This document shows, in pieces, positions 1 through 8,902 of a stretch of 32,902 nucleotides of DNA (positions are counted from its first letter, which is position 1; each line of letters begins with the position of its first letter). A model generated the notes under the pieces. That model saw nothing but the letters and a program-made list of their open reading frames with translations, made no database searches and was not told the origin of the DNA. The DNA comes from Phycisphaerae bacterium (lineage in GTDB: Bacteria > Planctomycetota > Phycisphaerae > SM23-33), in NCBI GenBank assembly GCA_022866005.1, contig JALHTV010000012.1, forward strand, positions 1 through 32,902, read 5' to 3'. A program made the position numbers and the translations under genes.

Positions 1-105
1 CCGCTGGGCGGGCATGAGCGTTTCCGCCGGCCGGTGGGGGGGCCGAGGTGGGCGAAAAGCTTGTCCGACCCCGGTGGGGTGGGGTATAAAGGCGGGTCGC
101 CGCGC

Positions 106-1056
106 ATGGCGGCCGGTCGCAATCCCTGCATGCCAGGCAATCGAGCAGACATGCCCTGGGCTCTGGAGCGAACAAGCTGGCGGGGGGTGCGCGTGGATCA
201 TCCCCGCGACTGGGAAATCGCCCTGGCCGCCGGGCCTGACGAGCCACCGCGGTGCACCTTCACCGACCGCCACTACCACCGCCTCGACGTCCGCTGGCAG
301 GAGACCGATCACCCGCCCAACCTCGAGCTGCTCCTGGAGAAGCACCGCCACAGCCCCAAGGGCGAGCTTCGCGACGTCTCGCGGCTGGGGGGCCTGCCCG
401 CGGGGTGGTGCGGGGTGCTGCGCAAAGGCGAGGGCGGCTGCGTGACCTACGCGGCCAAGGTGTTCCGCGACCGGAGGGTGCTCGTGGAGGCCACGCTGTT
501 TTGGCCCGGGCAGCGCGACACCGCCCTGGAAGCAGCCGTTCTGGAGTCGGTCGCCGTGGACGCCGCGGGGCCCGTCCGCCTGTGGCAGGCGATGGGCATG
601 AGCCTGGAGTTGGGCGAGCAGTTCAGGCTGCGCAGCAGCGACAGCCGCGTCGGCCGCGTGCAGTGGCAGTTCGCCACCACCGGCCGAGACGCCGCGACGC
701 TCACGGTCGAGCGCCTGGCCATGCCCGACTGCTGGCTCAAAGGGCCCCTGGAAGATTGGCTCTCCGAGCAGGTGCCCCCCCGCCACGTCGCGGTCACCAA
801 GACCGCCACGACGTTCAATGAGCATTCGGCGCACCACCAGGTCAGCCGCGGCAAGGGCAGCCTGGGTGCGACCCTTCGCCACCTTCGGCCCATGAGGCTG
901 GACGTGGCTTGGCTGTGCGAGGCGGAGAATCGGCTGTACCATCTCGCCCTCGCGCGGCTGTCGCGAGATGCGGGGCTGGAGCTGCCGGCGAGTCTGGCGG
1001 TGCGGTGCTGCCAGCCGGTGCCGCAGGCGGCCAGCGGACCTGAGAGGCGACCATGA
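106..1056 (+). CDS. hypothetical protein, first gene of the ABC/PqqD operon. Start uncertain: GTG 34 and ATG 106, 130 or 151 are all in frame
   Basis: ORF 34..1056 in the track. Third codon positions are G/C-rich. Its TGA overlaps the ATG of the next ORF (ATGA at 1053-1056). TATAAA lies at 85-90. I recognise no motif. Confidence 0.5.
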   Translation: MAAGRNPCMPGNRADMPWALERTSWRGVRVDHPRDWEIALAAGPDEPPRCTFTDRHYHRLDVRWQETDHPPNLELLLEKHRHSPKGELRDVSRLGGLPAGWCGVLRKGEGGCVTYAAKVFRDRRVLVEATLFWPGQRDTALEAAVLESVAVDAAGPVRLWQAMGMSLELGEQFRLRSSDSRVGRVQWQFATTGRDAATLTVERLAMPDCWLKGPLEDWLSEQVPPRHVAVTKTATTFNEHSAHHQVSRGKGSLGATLRHLRPMRLDVAWLCEAENRLYHLALARLSRDAGLELPASLAVRCCQPVPQAASGPERRP

Positions 1057-1457
1057 GCCCACGGCGCGGCCAAAAACAGTTGCCAAATGGCCTCTCGGCG
1101 GCTAACTTCCTTCACGCCGTGCCACACGCGAACCGGGCCATGGAGACGCACCATCGGTCTGACGGAAGCACGTTGGCGTCCGTGCCGATTCCCAGGCCGA
1201 AGTACCTTGTGCCCCCTCTGAGCTGGATTCTCCCGTTCTCCCCCTATCGGCGGGTGGAACTGGAACCGGTGGGGTCCGGTGTGCTGAAGATGTGCGACGG
1301 CCGGCGAACGGTCGAGGCGATCATCGAGGCATTCGCCGCCGGCCACAAGCTGTCGTTCCGCGAGGCGCAGTTGGCGGTCACCCAGTTCCTCAGTCAACTC
1401 ATGCAACGCGGTCTGGTGGTGATCGTCGGCCAGGACGGAGACACACGCGGATCATGA
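1053..1457 (+). CDS. PqqD-family (RiPP recognition element-like) small protein
   Basis: The C-terminal ~75 aa read VELEPVGSGVLKMCDGRRTVEAIIEAFAAGHKLSFREAQLAVTQFLSQLMQRGLVVI. This follows the PqqD/RRE pattern of strands followed by a helical bundle (dG.rtv.eI ... a..dv..Fl..L...glv). ATGA overlaps occur at both ends (1053 and 1454). Confidence 0.6.
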   Translation: MSPRRGQKQLPNGLSAANFLHAVPHANRAMETHHRSDGSTLASVPIPRPKYLVPPLSWILPFSPYRRVELEPVGSGVLKMCDGRRTVEAIIEAFAAGHKLSFREAQLAVTQFLSQLMQRGLVVIVGQDGDTRGS

Positions 1458-3034
1458 AGACGATCCAGGTCAGAGATCAGGTGCACCTGCCGCTGCGGCG
1501 GTGCCTGGAGCTGGTGCTCAGCGGCGTCAGGTACCGCCTGTTCCGGGCGGCGATCACGGTGACGATCATCGCCCTGGCCGGGGCGTTCCTGATGGTCATG
1601 CTCACCGAAGGCTTCTCCGCGCGGCAAGTCGCCGCAGATATCGCTGAGCGCACCGCCCCCCGCGAGACCTTCCGGTCCTGGGTGTCCAGAATCTCCATCC
1701 CCATGACCGAGCTGCAACTGGCTGAGGAGCTGGCCGCGGCCAGCCCCGGTCAGCCTCGCTGGGGCGAGTTGGTCGCCTGGGGGGAATTGAGCGACGAGGA
1801 CCTCCGCCGCCTGGTCGAGCTGGCCAGGCGCCACCGCAAGTATCTGGCCTACTTCCGCAGCCTGGCTGAGGGACAACGCCGGATCCTGGTGGGGCCGGTC
1901 GGAGACGACGGGCTCTTTGCCGAGCTGACCCACCCCACCAGGTTCGCCACCTTCCAGGAGGGACTGAAGACCTCTTCCCGCCAGCTTCCCACGACCGTGG
2001 AGGAGTTCCAGAAGTTCCTGACCGACGGGCAGGACACCTCCCCGGTCCGTCAGAAGATCCTCTCGGCCAACGCCGCTGCCGTAGCCCAGGTCCAACGCAC
2101 CTTCCTAACTGGCGGGCAGACGCCGCAGTCGCTGCTGACCAAGGCCGACGAGGCCCTGGTCCGGGCCTTGGCGGCCTTGGGCTTCCGCATGCCCGCAGAC
2201 ATCCTGCCGCAGCTGCGGGAGCAAGCGGCCCTGAGCGTGGACAGCAAGACCCTGCTCGCGCTGTACGTCGGGCCGGCGGCCATTCAGACCGGCGTGGTTG
2301 ACGTGGGCACGGAGGGCGAGGGGGAAAACGAGGAGCCCGAGGGAGCCAAAGCCCCCGCACGGCCCCACAAGGGCGTGGTGCTGGTGAAGACCCTCCTGGC
2401 CGCTCGACTGGGTGTGAACATCACCAAGGTCAACGACCAGATGCTCTACGAGCACCTGTCCTCGGGGTCGGGCGCCCAGTGGTTCGTGGGGGTGACGGCC
2501 TGCGACACCAAGGGGGGTCTGGACGCCCGGCGCGTCCGACAGGTGGCCGAGTTCATGACCGACCAGAGCCGCCTGGAGACCATCAAGAACAACGTCGGGC
2601 AGGTCGCGGCCTCGGAGGGGTTCCTCGGGTTCAACAACCGGACACTCTCCCTGATCGTGGTCAGCTTCATGGTCTGCATTGTGGGCATCGCCAACGCGAT
2701 GCTGATGAGCGTCACCGAGCGGTTCCGCGAGATCGCCACGATGAAGTGCCTGGGGGCCACCGACGGGTTCATCATGATCAACTTCATCATGGAATCGATC
2801 ATGCTGGGCATCGCCGGCGGGGCGATCGGCATGGTCCTAGGGTTTATCCTGGGCCAGCTGCGGGCCTGGGGCAGCTACGGTCTGATGGCCTTGACGAGTC
2901 TGCCGGTCCTGGCCGTGCTGGCGGCAGCGGCGGTGGCGCTGGTGGTCAGCATCATCATCTCGGCCCTGGCGGCCGTGTATCCGGCCTGGGTGGCGGCCCG
3001 GCTGGCGCCGATGGAAGCCATGCGCATCGAATAG
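1454..3034 (+). CDS. MacB/FtsX-type ABC transporter permease: N-terminal TM, ~400-aa extracytoplasmic domain, C-terminal FtsX 3-TM bundle
   Basis: The ATG at 1454 overlaps the upstream stop. The N-terminal TM is AAITVTIIALAGAFLMVMLTEG. The C-terminal segment LSLIVVSFMVCIVGIANAMLMSVTERFREIATMKCLGATDGFIMINFIMESIMLGIAGGAIGMVLG...YPAWVAARLAPMEAMR is a typical FtsX domain. Confidence 0.8.
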   Translation: MKTIQVRDQVHLPLRRCLELVLSGVRYRLFRAAITVTIIALAGAFLMVMLTEGFSARQVAADIAERTAPRETFRSWVSRISIPMTELQLAEELAAASPGQPRWGELVAWGELSDEDLRRLVELARRHRKYLAYFRSLAEGQRRILVGPVGDDGLFAELTHPTRFATFQEGLKTSSRQLPTTVEEFQKFLTDGQDTSPVRQKILSANAAAVAQVQRTFLTGGQTPQSLLTKADEALVRALAALGFRMPADILPQLREQAALSVDSKTLLALYVGPAAIQTGVVDVGTEGEGENEEPEGAKAPARPHKGVVLVKTLLAARLGVNITKVNDQMLYEHLSSGSGAQWFVGVTACDTKGGLDARRVRQVAEFMTDQSRLETIKNNVGQVAASEGFLGFNNRTLSLIVVSFMVCIVGIANAMLMSVTERFREIATMKCLGATDGFIMINFIMESIMLGIAGGAIGMVLGFILGQLRAWGSYGLMALTSLPVLAVLAAAAVALVVSIIISALAAVYPAWVAARLAPMEAMRIE

Positions 3035-3048
3035 CGAGCGATTCGATC

Positions 3049-3843
3049 ATGAACGACACGTCGACCGCCCGAACGCCGCCTGCCTCGGCCCCGGCGCCCA
3101 CCGAGGAGCAGCCGGTCATCATCCGCACGCGCCAGCTCAAGAAGTCCTACCGCATGGGCCTGGTGACCACCGAGGCGCTGCGCGGGGTGGACGTGGAGAT
3201 CCACCGCGGCGAGTTCCTCTGCGTCATGGGGCCCAGCGGCTCGGGCAAGAGCACCTTCTTCAACATGGTCGGGGGACTGGACAGCCCCACCAGCGGGCGG
3301 GTGTTCATCGATGAGGTGGACGTGGCCCAGCTCAACGCCGTCGAGCTGGCCTTCCTCCGCTGCCGCAAAATCGGCTACATCTTCCAGACCTACAATCTGG
3401 TGCAATATATGACGTGCCTGGAGAACGTCACCGTGCCGATGGCGTTCGCCGGGGTCGACGCCGACGAGGCCCGCGAGCGCGGCATGGCGCTGCTGGACCT
3501 CGTGGGGCTCAAGGACCGCTGGTTCCACAAGCCCATCGAGATGTCCGGCGGCCAGCAGCAGCGCACGGCCATCGCCCGCGCCATGGCCAACCACCCGGCG
3601 ATCCTGCTGTGCGACGAACCCACCGGCAACCTGGACCTCAAGACCGGCGCCGAAATCCATCGGATCCTCCAACAGCTCAACGAGGAGCGCGGCGTGACGA
3701 TCATCTGCGCCACGCACGACCACCGGCTGATCGACATGGCCGATCGGATCATGTGGTTTCGCGACGGCCAGGTGGAACGCCTGGCCGACCGGCGCGACGT
3801 GACGGTCGAGACCGGCGCGATCGGAGGCGAAGAAAATGGCTAA
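3049..3843 (+). CDS. ABC transporter ATP-binding protein (MacB/LolD-like NBD)
   Basis: Walker A GPSGSGKST, signature MSGGQQQR, Walker B ILLCDEPT and H-loop ATHD are present. Starts at ATG 3049, 14 nt after the permease stop. Confidence 0.9.
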   Translation: MNDTSTARTPPASAPAPTEEQPVIIRTRQLKKSYRMGLVTTEALRGVDVEIHRGEFLCVMGPSGSGKSTFFNMVGGLDSPTSGRVFIDEVDVAQLNAVELAFLRCRKIGYIFQTYNLVQYMTCLENVTVPMAFAGVDADEARERGMALLDLVGLKDRWFHKPIEMSGGQQQRTAIARAMANHPAILLCDEPTGNLDLKTGAEIHRILQQLNEERGVTIICATHDHRLIDMADRIMWFRDGQVERLADRRDVTVETGAIGGEENG

Positions 3844-6800
3844 GCGAGGCATGATCTCCGTCATCGTGGCCCTCCTGGTGGGCGCCGCCGTGGGCGGATC
3901 GCTAAGGGCGGCAGTGTCCCTGGAGACCTTCGAGAGCGACTTGCGAGCCCTGGCGGCCCGGCCCCACCGCCTGGCCGGGTTCGAGGACGGAAGCCTGGCT
4001 GCGGGCCGGTACGTCCTGGAGCGGCTCAAGGAGATCGGCTTCCAGGACGAGGACATCTTCCCGCAGGCCTTCGCGGTGGTCCAACCGGTCACCACCCAGT
4101 GCGAGCTGGTGGCCGACGGTGTGAGTTACCCTATCCTGCCGATGCGACCGAACGTCGTCCAGGCCTCGATCACCCCCCAGGAGGGTCTCACCGGTGAGGT
4201 GGTCTACGCCGGCAGCGGCACGGCGGCCGAGTACGGCAACAACTACCCCCAGGGCAAGATCATCGCGATGGACCTGGACAGCGCCGCCAACTGGATGAAC
4301 GCCTTCGCCTTCGGGGCCAAGGCCGTGCTGTTCCTGGGACCGCCGGAAGGCTCGACGCCCGACATCCAGGCGTATCATCACGCCAACACACCGGCCAACC
4401 TGCCGCGGTTCTACGTACCGCACGAGCTGGCGGTGAAGCTGGACCTGACCAACCCCCACCGTCCGGGCAAGGTGACGATCCGGGCCGCCTGCCAGTGGAA
4501 GGAGCTCCGCGGCCGAAACGTCATTGCCGTGCTGCGGGGCACCAATCCGGTCTTCGAGAAGGGCGGCCTCCGCCAGATCGTCCTGCTGGCCGCCCCGCTG
4601 GACAGCTACTCGGAAGTCCCCGAGCTGTCTCCCGGCGCCCGCGACGCCGGCAACTGCGCCGCCCTGCTCCAGATCGCCGAATACCTGCGCACCCACCGGC
4701 CGCGACGCGACGTGGTCCTGTGCTTCTTCGACGGCCAGACACTCAACCACGCCGGCGCGCGGGCCTTCTACGGCGCCCTGTACCGGCGCATCAAGAACAC
4801 CAAGCTCGCCGACGCGACCCTGGATGACCGCCTCAAGGAACAAGACCAGGAGACCACCTACTTCCAGCAGATCCTGGACGTCCTTAACCAGCGGGACCTG
4901 ATGGGGTCGGCCGCTCGACAGATGAAGTACTTCGACGACGCTCTGCGCCTGCTGCGGGACGAGGCTCGCAATACCGGCGACGGCATCGAGGAGGTGCTCA
5001 GCCCCAAGCGCGTGGCGTTCGAGGAGATCCAGAAAGACCTGGCGCGACTTCGCAAGGCCTCCCAGGCCGCTGCGACCGCGGAGCAGAAGGCCCCGCTGGA
5101 CGCGGAGATCCAGGCCCGCCAGGGGACGGCGGACGCCTTGGACGCGGAGATCAAGGTCCTGGCGGAGCAGAGCCTGCAGTGGAACAGCGTCCAGCGCATG
5201 CTGCGCTACAAGACGCCCGATCCCCAGAACCAGGAGACGTTCGATCGGTTGCTGGAGATCTTCCGCAGCAAATACCGCCGGCGCCTGGAGGAGATTGCCC
5301 AGGCCTCCCAGGAAACCCGCCTGGGCAAGCGTCTGTACCAGGCCATCGGGCCGCAGAGCAGCACCATCGTCCTCCATGTCAGCATCGATCTGGGCGATGC
5401 CAGACGGCGATGGACGTTCATCCACGGGGACGATTCGGCCCCGGTGGACAACGACCGCACCGGCATGTACACCTATCACTTCAAGACCCTCAATGCGGTA
5501 GCCCAGGCGTTGGGCGACCGGGTGAAGGGGTTTGACGATCGCGCCGTCTCCCAGTTGTACGACAACCGCCTGTTCGCCCCCGGCCGGTTCGCCGACAGCG
5601 GCCCGATCGCGCGGCTGTTCTCGGTGTGGAACTTGTCGGTGATGACCGTGATGGATCGCCGGCCGCGCCAAGGCCTGCCCACCGACACGCTGGCGGCGCT
5701 GGACTCCAAAACCCTGTACGACCAGGCCGGCGAGGTGGCGGTGTTCCTCAAGCACCTGGCAGACGACGAGGGGATCAACCTGCTGCCCAAGACACGGGCC
5801 GAGGTGCGGTTCGGTGAGGCCTCCTGGACCGGCATCAAGAGCGTCGGCCCGAGGGTGAACCTCAGCGGCATCGGGGGGGCGCTGCGGACGAGGTCCATCG
5901 GCGACGCGTTCGTCGCCATCTTCCCCAACAACGGCTGGGGGGAAATGCCCATGGAGAAGGCCGTCCCGGGCTTTGTGGACTGGTTTCTCTGCAAGACCAA
6001 CGTCCACGGCATCTTTGAGACCGGGCCGTATTCCACGAACTACTACAAGAAGCCCTACTTCGTCGCGGTGATGTTCGACCGCGGCACCGGGGACGAAGAG
6101 GACCTGGCCACAGGGAGGGGACTCATCGAGGCCATCACCAACACCAGCAGGATCGGCGGCAGCACCGGCTCCGCCGCGGACTTCACCAAGGCCTCCCCGG
6201 TGATCTTCAAGACCCACTACAAGACCCTCGTCAACTACGGCGCCGACCGCGGGGCCGTCACCTCGACCGCCATGCGGGCCATGTCTACCGCCGCCTTCCC
6301 GAAAGATCGCAGCCTGCTGTGCGAGTGGGGCAACATCAGCAGCGTCTTCGCACCCGCCGACGCCAAGGGCATCAAGCTGTTCAACAAGATGACCCTGGTG
6401 GTCTTGAACAATGCCAAGTCCAAGGACCGCTATCAGGGGCAAGGACTCAGCCTGGACGACCCGTTCGACCACCCAGCGTCCCCGCCCATGACCGCCCACG
6501 ACTTGCGGACGCTGAATGAGTACCGCCTTCAGTTGCTGCGGGAGGTCCGCATCCACCAGGAATCGCTGGAAACCCTGACCGGCCGGGCCAAGGACCTGGA
6601 GACCGACGCCCAAGCCGGTCGCGGCAAGGCGCCGGCAGGCTGGTACTTCGGCACGCTGGAGACGTCGGCGGCCTTCTCGCGCCTGGTGTACATCCCGCTG
6701 ATCGACGTGATGAACGACCTGGTCACGGCCGTCGTGCTGCTGCTGTTGCTGGCCATGCCGTTTGCCTACGCCCTGGAGCGCCTCGTGATCGGCTCGCCGC

Positions 6801-8902
6801 ACATCTACCGACAGATCGGCTGGTTTGCCCTGTTCTTCCTGGCGACCTTCGCGCTGCTGTTCAGCGTGAACCCGGCGTTCAAGATCGCTTCCACGCCCAT
6901 CATCATCTTCCTGGCCTTCGCGATCATCCTGTTGAGCTCGCTGGTAATCTTCATCATGGTCCGCAAGCTCCAGACGGAGGTTCGCAAGATGCAGGGGCTG
7001 TCGGCCACGGTGCACAGCGCGGACGTCTCGCGGTTGAGCACGATGATGGCGGCGGTGAACATGGGGATTTCGACGATGCGCCGTCGGCCGCTGCGGACGC
7101 TCCTGACGGCCATCACCGTCGTGCTGCTGACCTTCACGATCCTGACGTTTGCCTCCTTCGGGAGCAGCTGGGGCATCTGGCCGAGCTATCAGGGCGCGAT
7201 GACCAGCTTGCGGCCTCACATCGTCGTGCGGCATCCGCTGTGGAGCCCGATTACCCACGGTGTCTTCGAGACGCTCGGCGGCTACCTGGGCAAGGACGCC
7301 GAAATCGTGCCGCGGATCTGGGTGTCCGGGACCGCCCAGCAGACCAAGGACGCCTACACCGCCGGTGCGAGCCTGGAGAAGATGCTGTCGGACGAGGGCG
7401 CCCGGCGGATCGTGCCCATGGCCGCGGCGATTGGGCTGGACCCGGCCGACCTGGCCGACGCGCAGGGCCGACCCCGCCAGGAGGAGCTGGCCGAGCTCTT
7501 TGCCCCCTCGGACCGGGTGGACCTCCTGGCCGCCGACGGCATCTTCCTCACCGAGGCCATCGCCAACGAACTGAAGCTCACCCCCGCTGACATCGGCCAG
7601 GCCAAGCTGCTGCTGGCCGGGATGACCTTCACCTACGCCGGCACGGTCAGCGATCGGCTGGCCACGGCCACGATGCTCGACGGCAGCAGCGTGCTGCCGG
7701 TGGACTACGAGGCCTCGGCGGGGGAATCGGAAGAGAACATCAACGAGCAGGCCACCACGACGCTCTCGCTGGTGGAGATGCCCGACGTCCAGAGCGCCCA
7801 GTTCGTCACGTTCAACGTGGACAAGGTGGTGATCATCCCCGCGGCCAAGGCCCGGCGCCTGGACGGCACAATTCGCTCCGTCTCGATCTACCCCGCCGAC
7901 GACAAGGTCGCCACGATCCGCGACATGGCCGATACCATCACGAGGATCGCGCAGGTGCCCACGCACGTGGGCGACCAGGGGGGCGTGCACCGGTTGGTCT
8001 TCACCTCGCTGGTCAGGGCGTCCGGCTGGCGGGACCTGCTGGTGCCGGTGGTGCTGGGCGGGCTGATCATCTTTGCCACGATGCTCGGCAGCGTCAGCGA
8101 CCGCGAGCGGGAGATCTACACCTTCAGCTCGCTGGGCCTGGCCCCGCCCCACGTGGCGAGCCTGTTCTTCGCTGAGGCGTCCATGTACGCGGTCCTGGGC
8201 GGGATGGGCGGGTACCTGCTGGGCCAGGTGGTGGCGCGGTTGCTGGCCTGGGTGAGCGGGACCTTCGGCTGGTCCGTGCCCACCATGAACTACAGCTCCA
8301 CCAACGCCCTGGTGACCATCGTGATCGTCATGGGCACGGTGCTGGTCTCGACGATCTACCCGGCGATCAAGGCCTCGCGGTCGGCCAACCCGGGCATCCA
8401 GAGAACCTGGCAGATCCCCAAGCCCAAGGGCAACCTCTATGACCTGATCTTCCCGTTTACCGTGTCTACCTACGACATCACGGGCGTGGTGAGCTTTCTG
8501 AAGGAGCACTTCGAGAACTACACGGACACGTCGCTGGGCGTGTTCGCGACGACCTCCTGCTCCATCTTCCGCCAGAAGGGCAACGACATGCTGGGCTTCC
8601 AGGCGACGGTGGCGCTGGCCCCGTTCGACCTGGGCGTCAACCAGCGCTTCGCCCTGCTCAGTCAGCCCAGCGACATCGAGGGCATCGACGAGGTCCGCAT
8701 CCTCATCTACCGTCTCAGCGGGGCCCCGGGCGACTGGCAGCGCGGCAATCGCGTCTTCATCCACGACCTGCGCAAGCAACTGCTCATCTGGCGGTCGCTG
8801 CCGGCGGAGGTAATGGACAAGTACCGCGCCAAGACGCTTGGGGGGTGGGACCAGCTCCCCGTGGAACAGGTCGACGGTGAGAGCATCGGAGGGACGGCGT
8901 GA
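3836..8902 (+). CDS. 1688-aa membrane fusion protein: signal/TM, M28/PA peptidase-like ectodomain with degenerate metal ligands, coiled-coil insert, extra TM helices, MacB/FtsX permease module, ~190-aa C-terminal domain
   Basis: ATG 3836 overlaps the upstream stop by 8 nt. M28-like motifs: NVIAVLRG, LLAAPLDS, PGARDAGNCAALLQIAEYL, VSIDLGD. The coiled coil is rich in K/E/Q/A. The MacB TM1 is RRRPLRTLLTAITVVLLTFTILTFASF. The FtsX block is LGGLIIFATMLGSVSDREREIYTFSSLGLAPPHVASLFFAEASMYAVLGGMGGYLLGQ...YPAIKASRSANP. Confidence 0.85.
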   Translation: MAKRGMISVIVALLVGAAVGGSLRAAVSLETFESDLRALAARPHRLAGFEDGSLAAGRYVLERLKEIGFQDEDIFPQAFAVVQPVTTQCELVADGVSYPILPMRPNVVQASITPQEGLTGEVVYAGSGTAAEYGNNYPQGKIIAMDLDSAANWMNAFAFGAKAVLFLGPPEGSTPDIQAYHHANTPANLPRFYVPHELAVKLDLTNPHRPGKVTIRAACQWKELRGRNVIAVLRGTNPVFEKGGLRQIVLLAAPLDSYSEVPELSPGARDAGNCAALLQIAEYLRTHRPRRDVVLCFFDGQTLNHAGARAFYGALYRRIKNTKLADATLDDRLKEQDQETTYFQQILDVLNQRDLMGSAARQMKYFDDALRLLRDEARNTGDGIEEVLSPKRVAFEEIQKDLARLRKASQAAATAEQKAPLDAEIQARQGTADALDAEIKVLAEQSLQWNSVQRMLRYKTPDPQNQETFDRLLEIFRSKYRRRLEEIAQASQETRLGKRLYQAIGPQSSTIVLHVSIDLGDARRRWTFIHGDDSAPVDNDRTGMYTYHFKTLNAVAQALGDRVKGFDDRAVSQLYDNRLFAPGRFADSGPIARLFSVWNLSVMTVMDRRPRQGLPTDTLAALDSKTLYDQAGEVAVFLKHLADDEGINLLPKTRAEVRFGEASWTGIKSVGPRVNLSGIGGALRTRSIGDAFVAIFPNNGWGEMPMEKAVPGFVDWFLCKTNVHGIFETGPYSTNYYKKPYFVAVMFDRGTGDEEDLATGRGLIEAITNTSRIGGSTGSAADFTKASPVIFKTHYKTLVNYGADRGAVTSTAMRAMSTAAFPKDRSLLCEWGNISSVFAPADAKGIKLFNKMTLVVLNNAKSKDRYQGQGLSLDDPFDHPASPPMTAHDLRTLNEYRLQLLREVRIHQESLETLTGRAKDLETDAQAGRGKAPAGWYFGTLETSAAFSRLVYIPLIDVMNDLVTAVVLLLLLAMPFAYALERLVIGSPHIYRQIGWFALFFLATFALLFSVNPAFKIASTPIIIFLAFAIILLSSLVIFIMVRKLQTEVRKMQGLSATVHSADVSRLSTMMAAVNMGISTMRRRPLRTLLTAITVVLLTFTILTFASFGSSWGIWPSYQGAMTSLRPHIVVRHPLWSPITHGVFETLGGYLGKDAEIVPRIWVSGTAQQTKDAYTAGASLEKMLSDEGARRIVPMAAAIGLDPADLADAQGRPRQEELAELFAPSDRVDLLAADGIFLTEAIANELKLTPADIGQAKLLLAGMTFTYAGTVSDRLATATMLDGSSVLPVDYEASAGESEENINEQATTTLSLVEMPDVQSAQFVTFNVDKVVIIPAAKARRLDGTIRSVSIYPADDKVATIRDMADTITRIAQVPTHVGDQGGVHRLVFTSLVRASGWRDLLVPVVLGGLIIFATMLGSVSDREREIYTFSSLGLAPPHVASLFFAEASMYAVLGGMGGYLLGQVVARLLAWVSGTFGWSVPTMNYSSTNALVTIVIVMGTVLVSTIYPAIKASRSANPGIQRTWQIPKPKGNLYDLIFPFTVSTYDITGVVSFLKEHFENYTDTSLGVFATTSCSIFRQKGNDMLGFQATVALAPFDLGVNQRFALLSQPSDIEGIDEVRILIYRLSGAPGDWQRGNRVFIHDLRKQLLIWRSLPAEVMDKYRAKTLGGWDQLPVEQVDGESIGGTA

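Noticed and set aside
1-105. Possible minus-strand gene start (CAT at 13-15) or a short precursor-peptide ORF upstream of the operon
   Set aside because: Only ~15 nt of any leftward gene would lie in the window. The plus-strand short frames here are Gly/Arg-rich with no start context. This cannot be supported from the available sequence.
3902-8779. 1625-aa antisense ORF opposite the giant gene. Similar long antisense or off-frame ORFs occur at 8707-10827, 12664-14154, 18405-20429, 23268-24581, 26711-28066 and 447-1406.
   Set aside because: Their translations are Arg/Gly/Pro/His/Asp-rich low-complexity strings with no motifs. They mirror recognisable genes on the other strand. Long spurious open frames are expected in GC-rich DNA.
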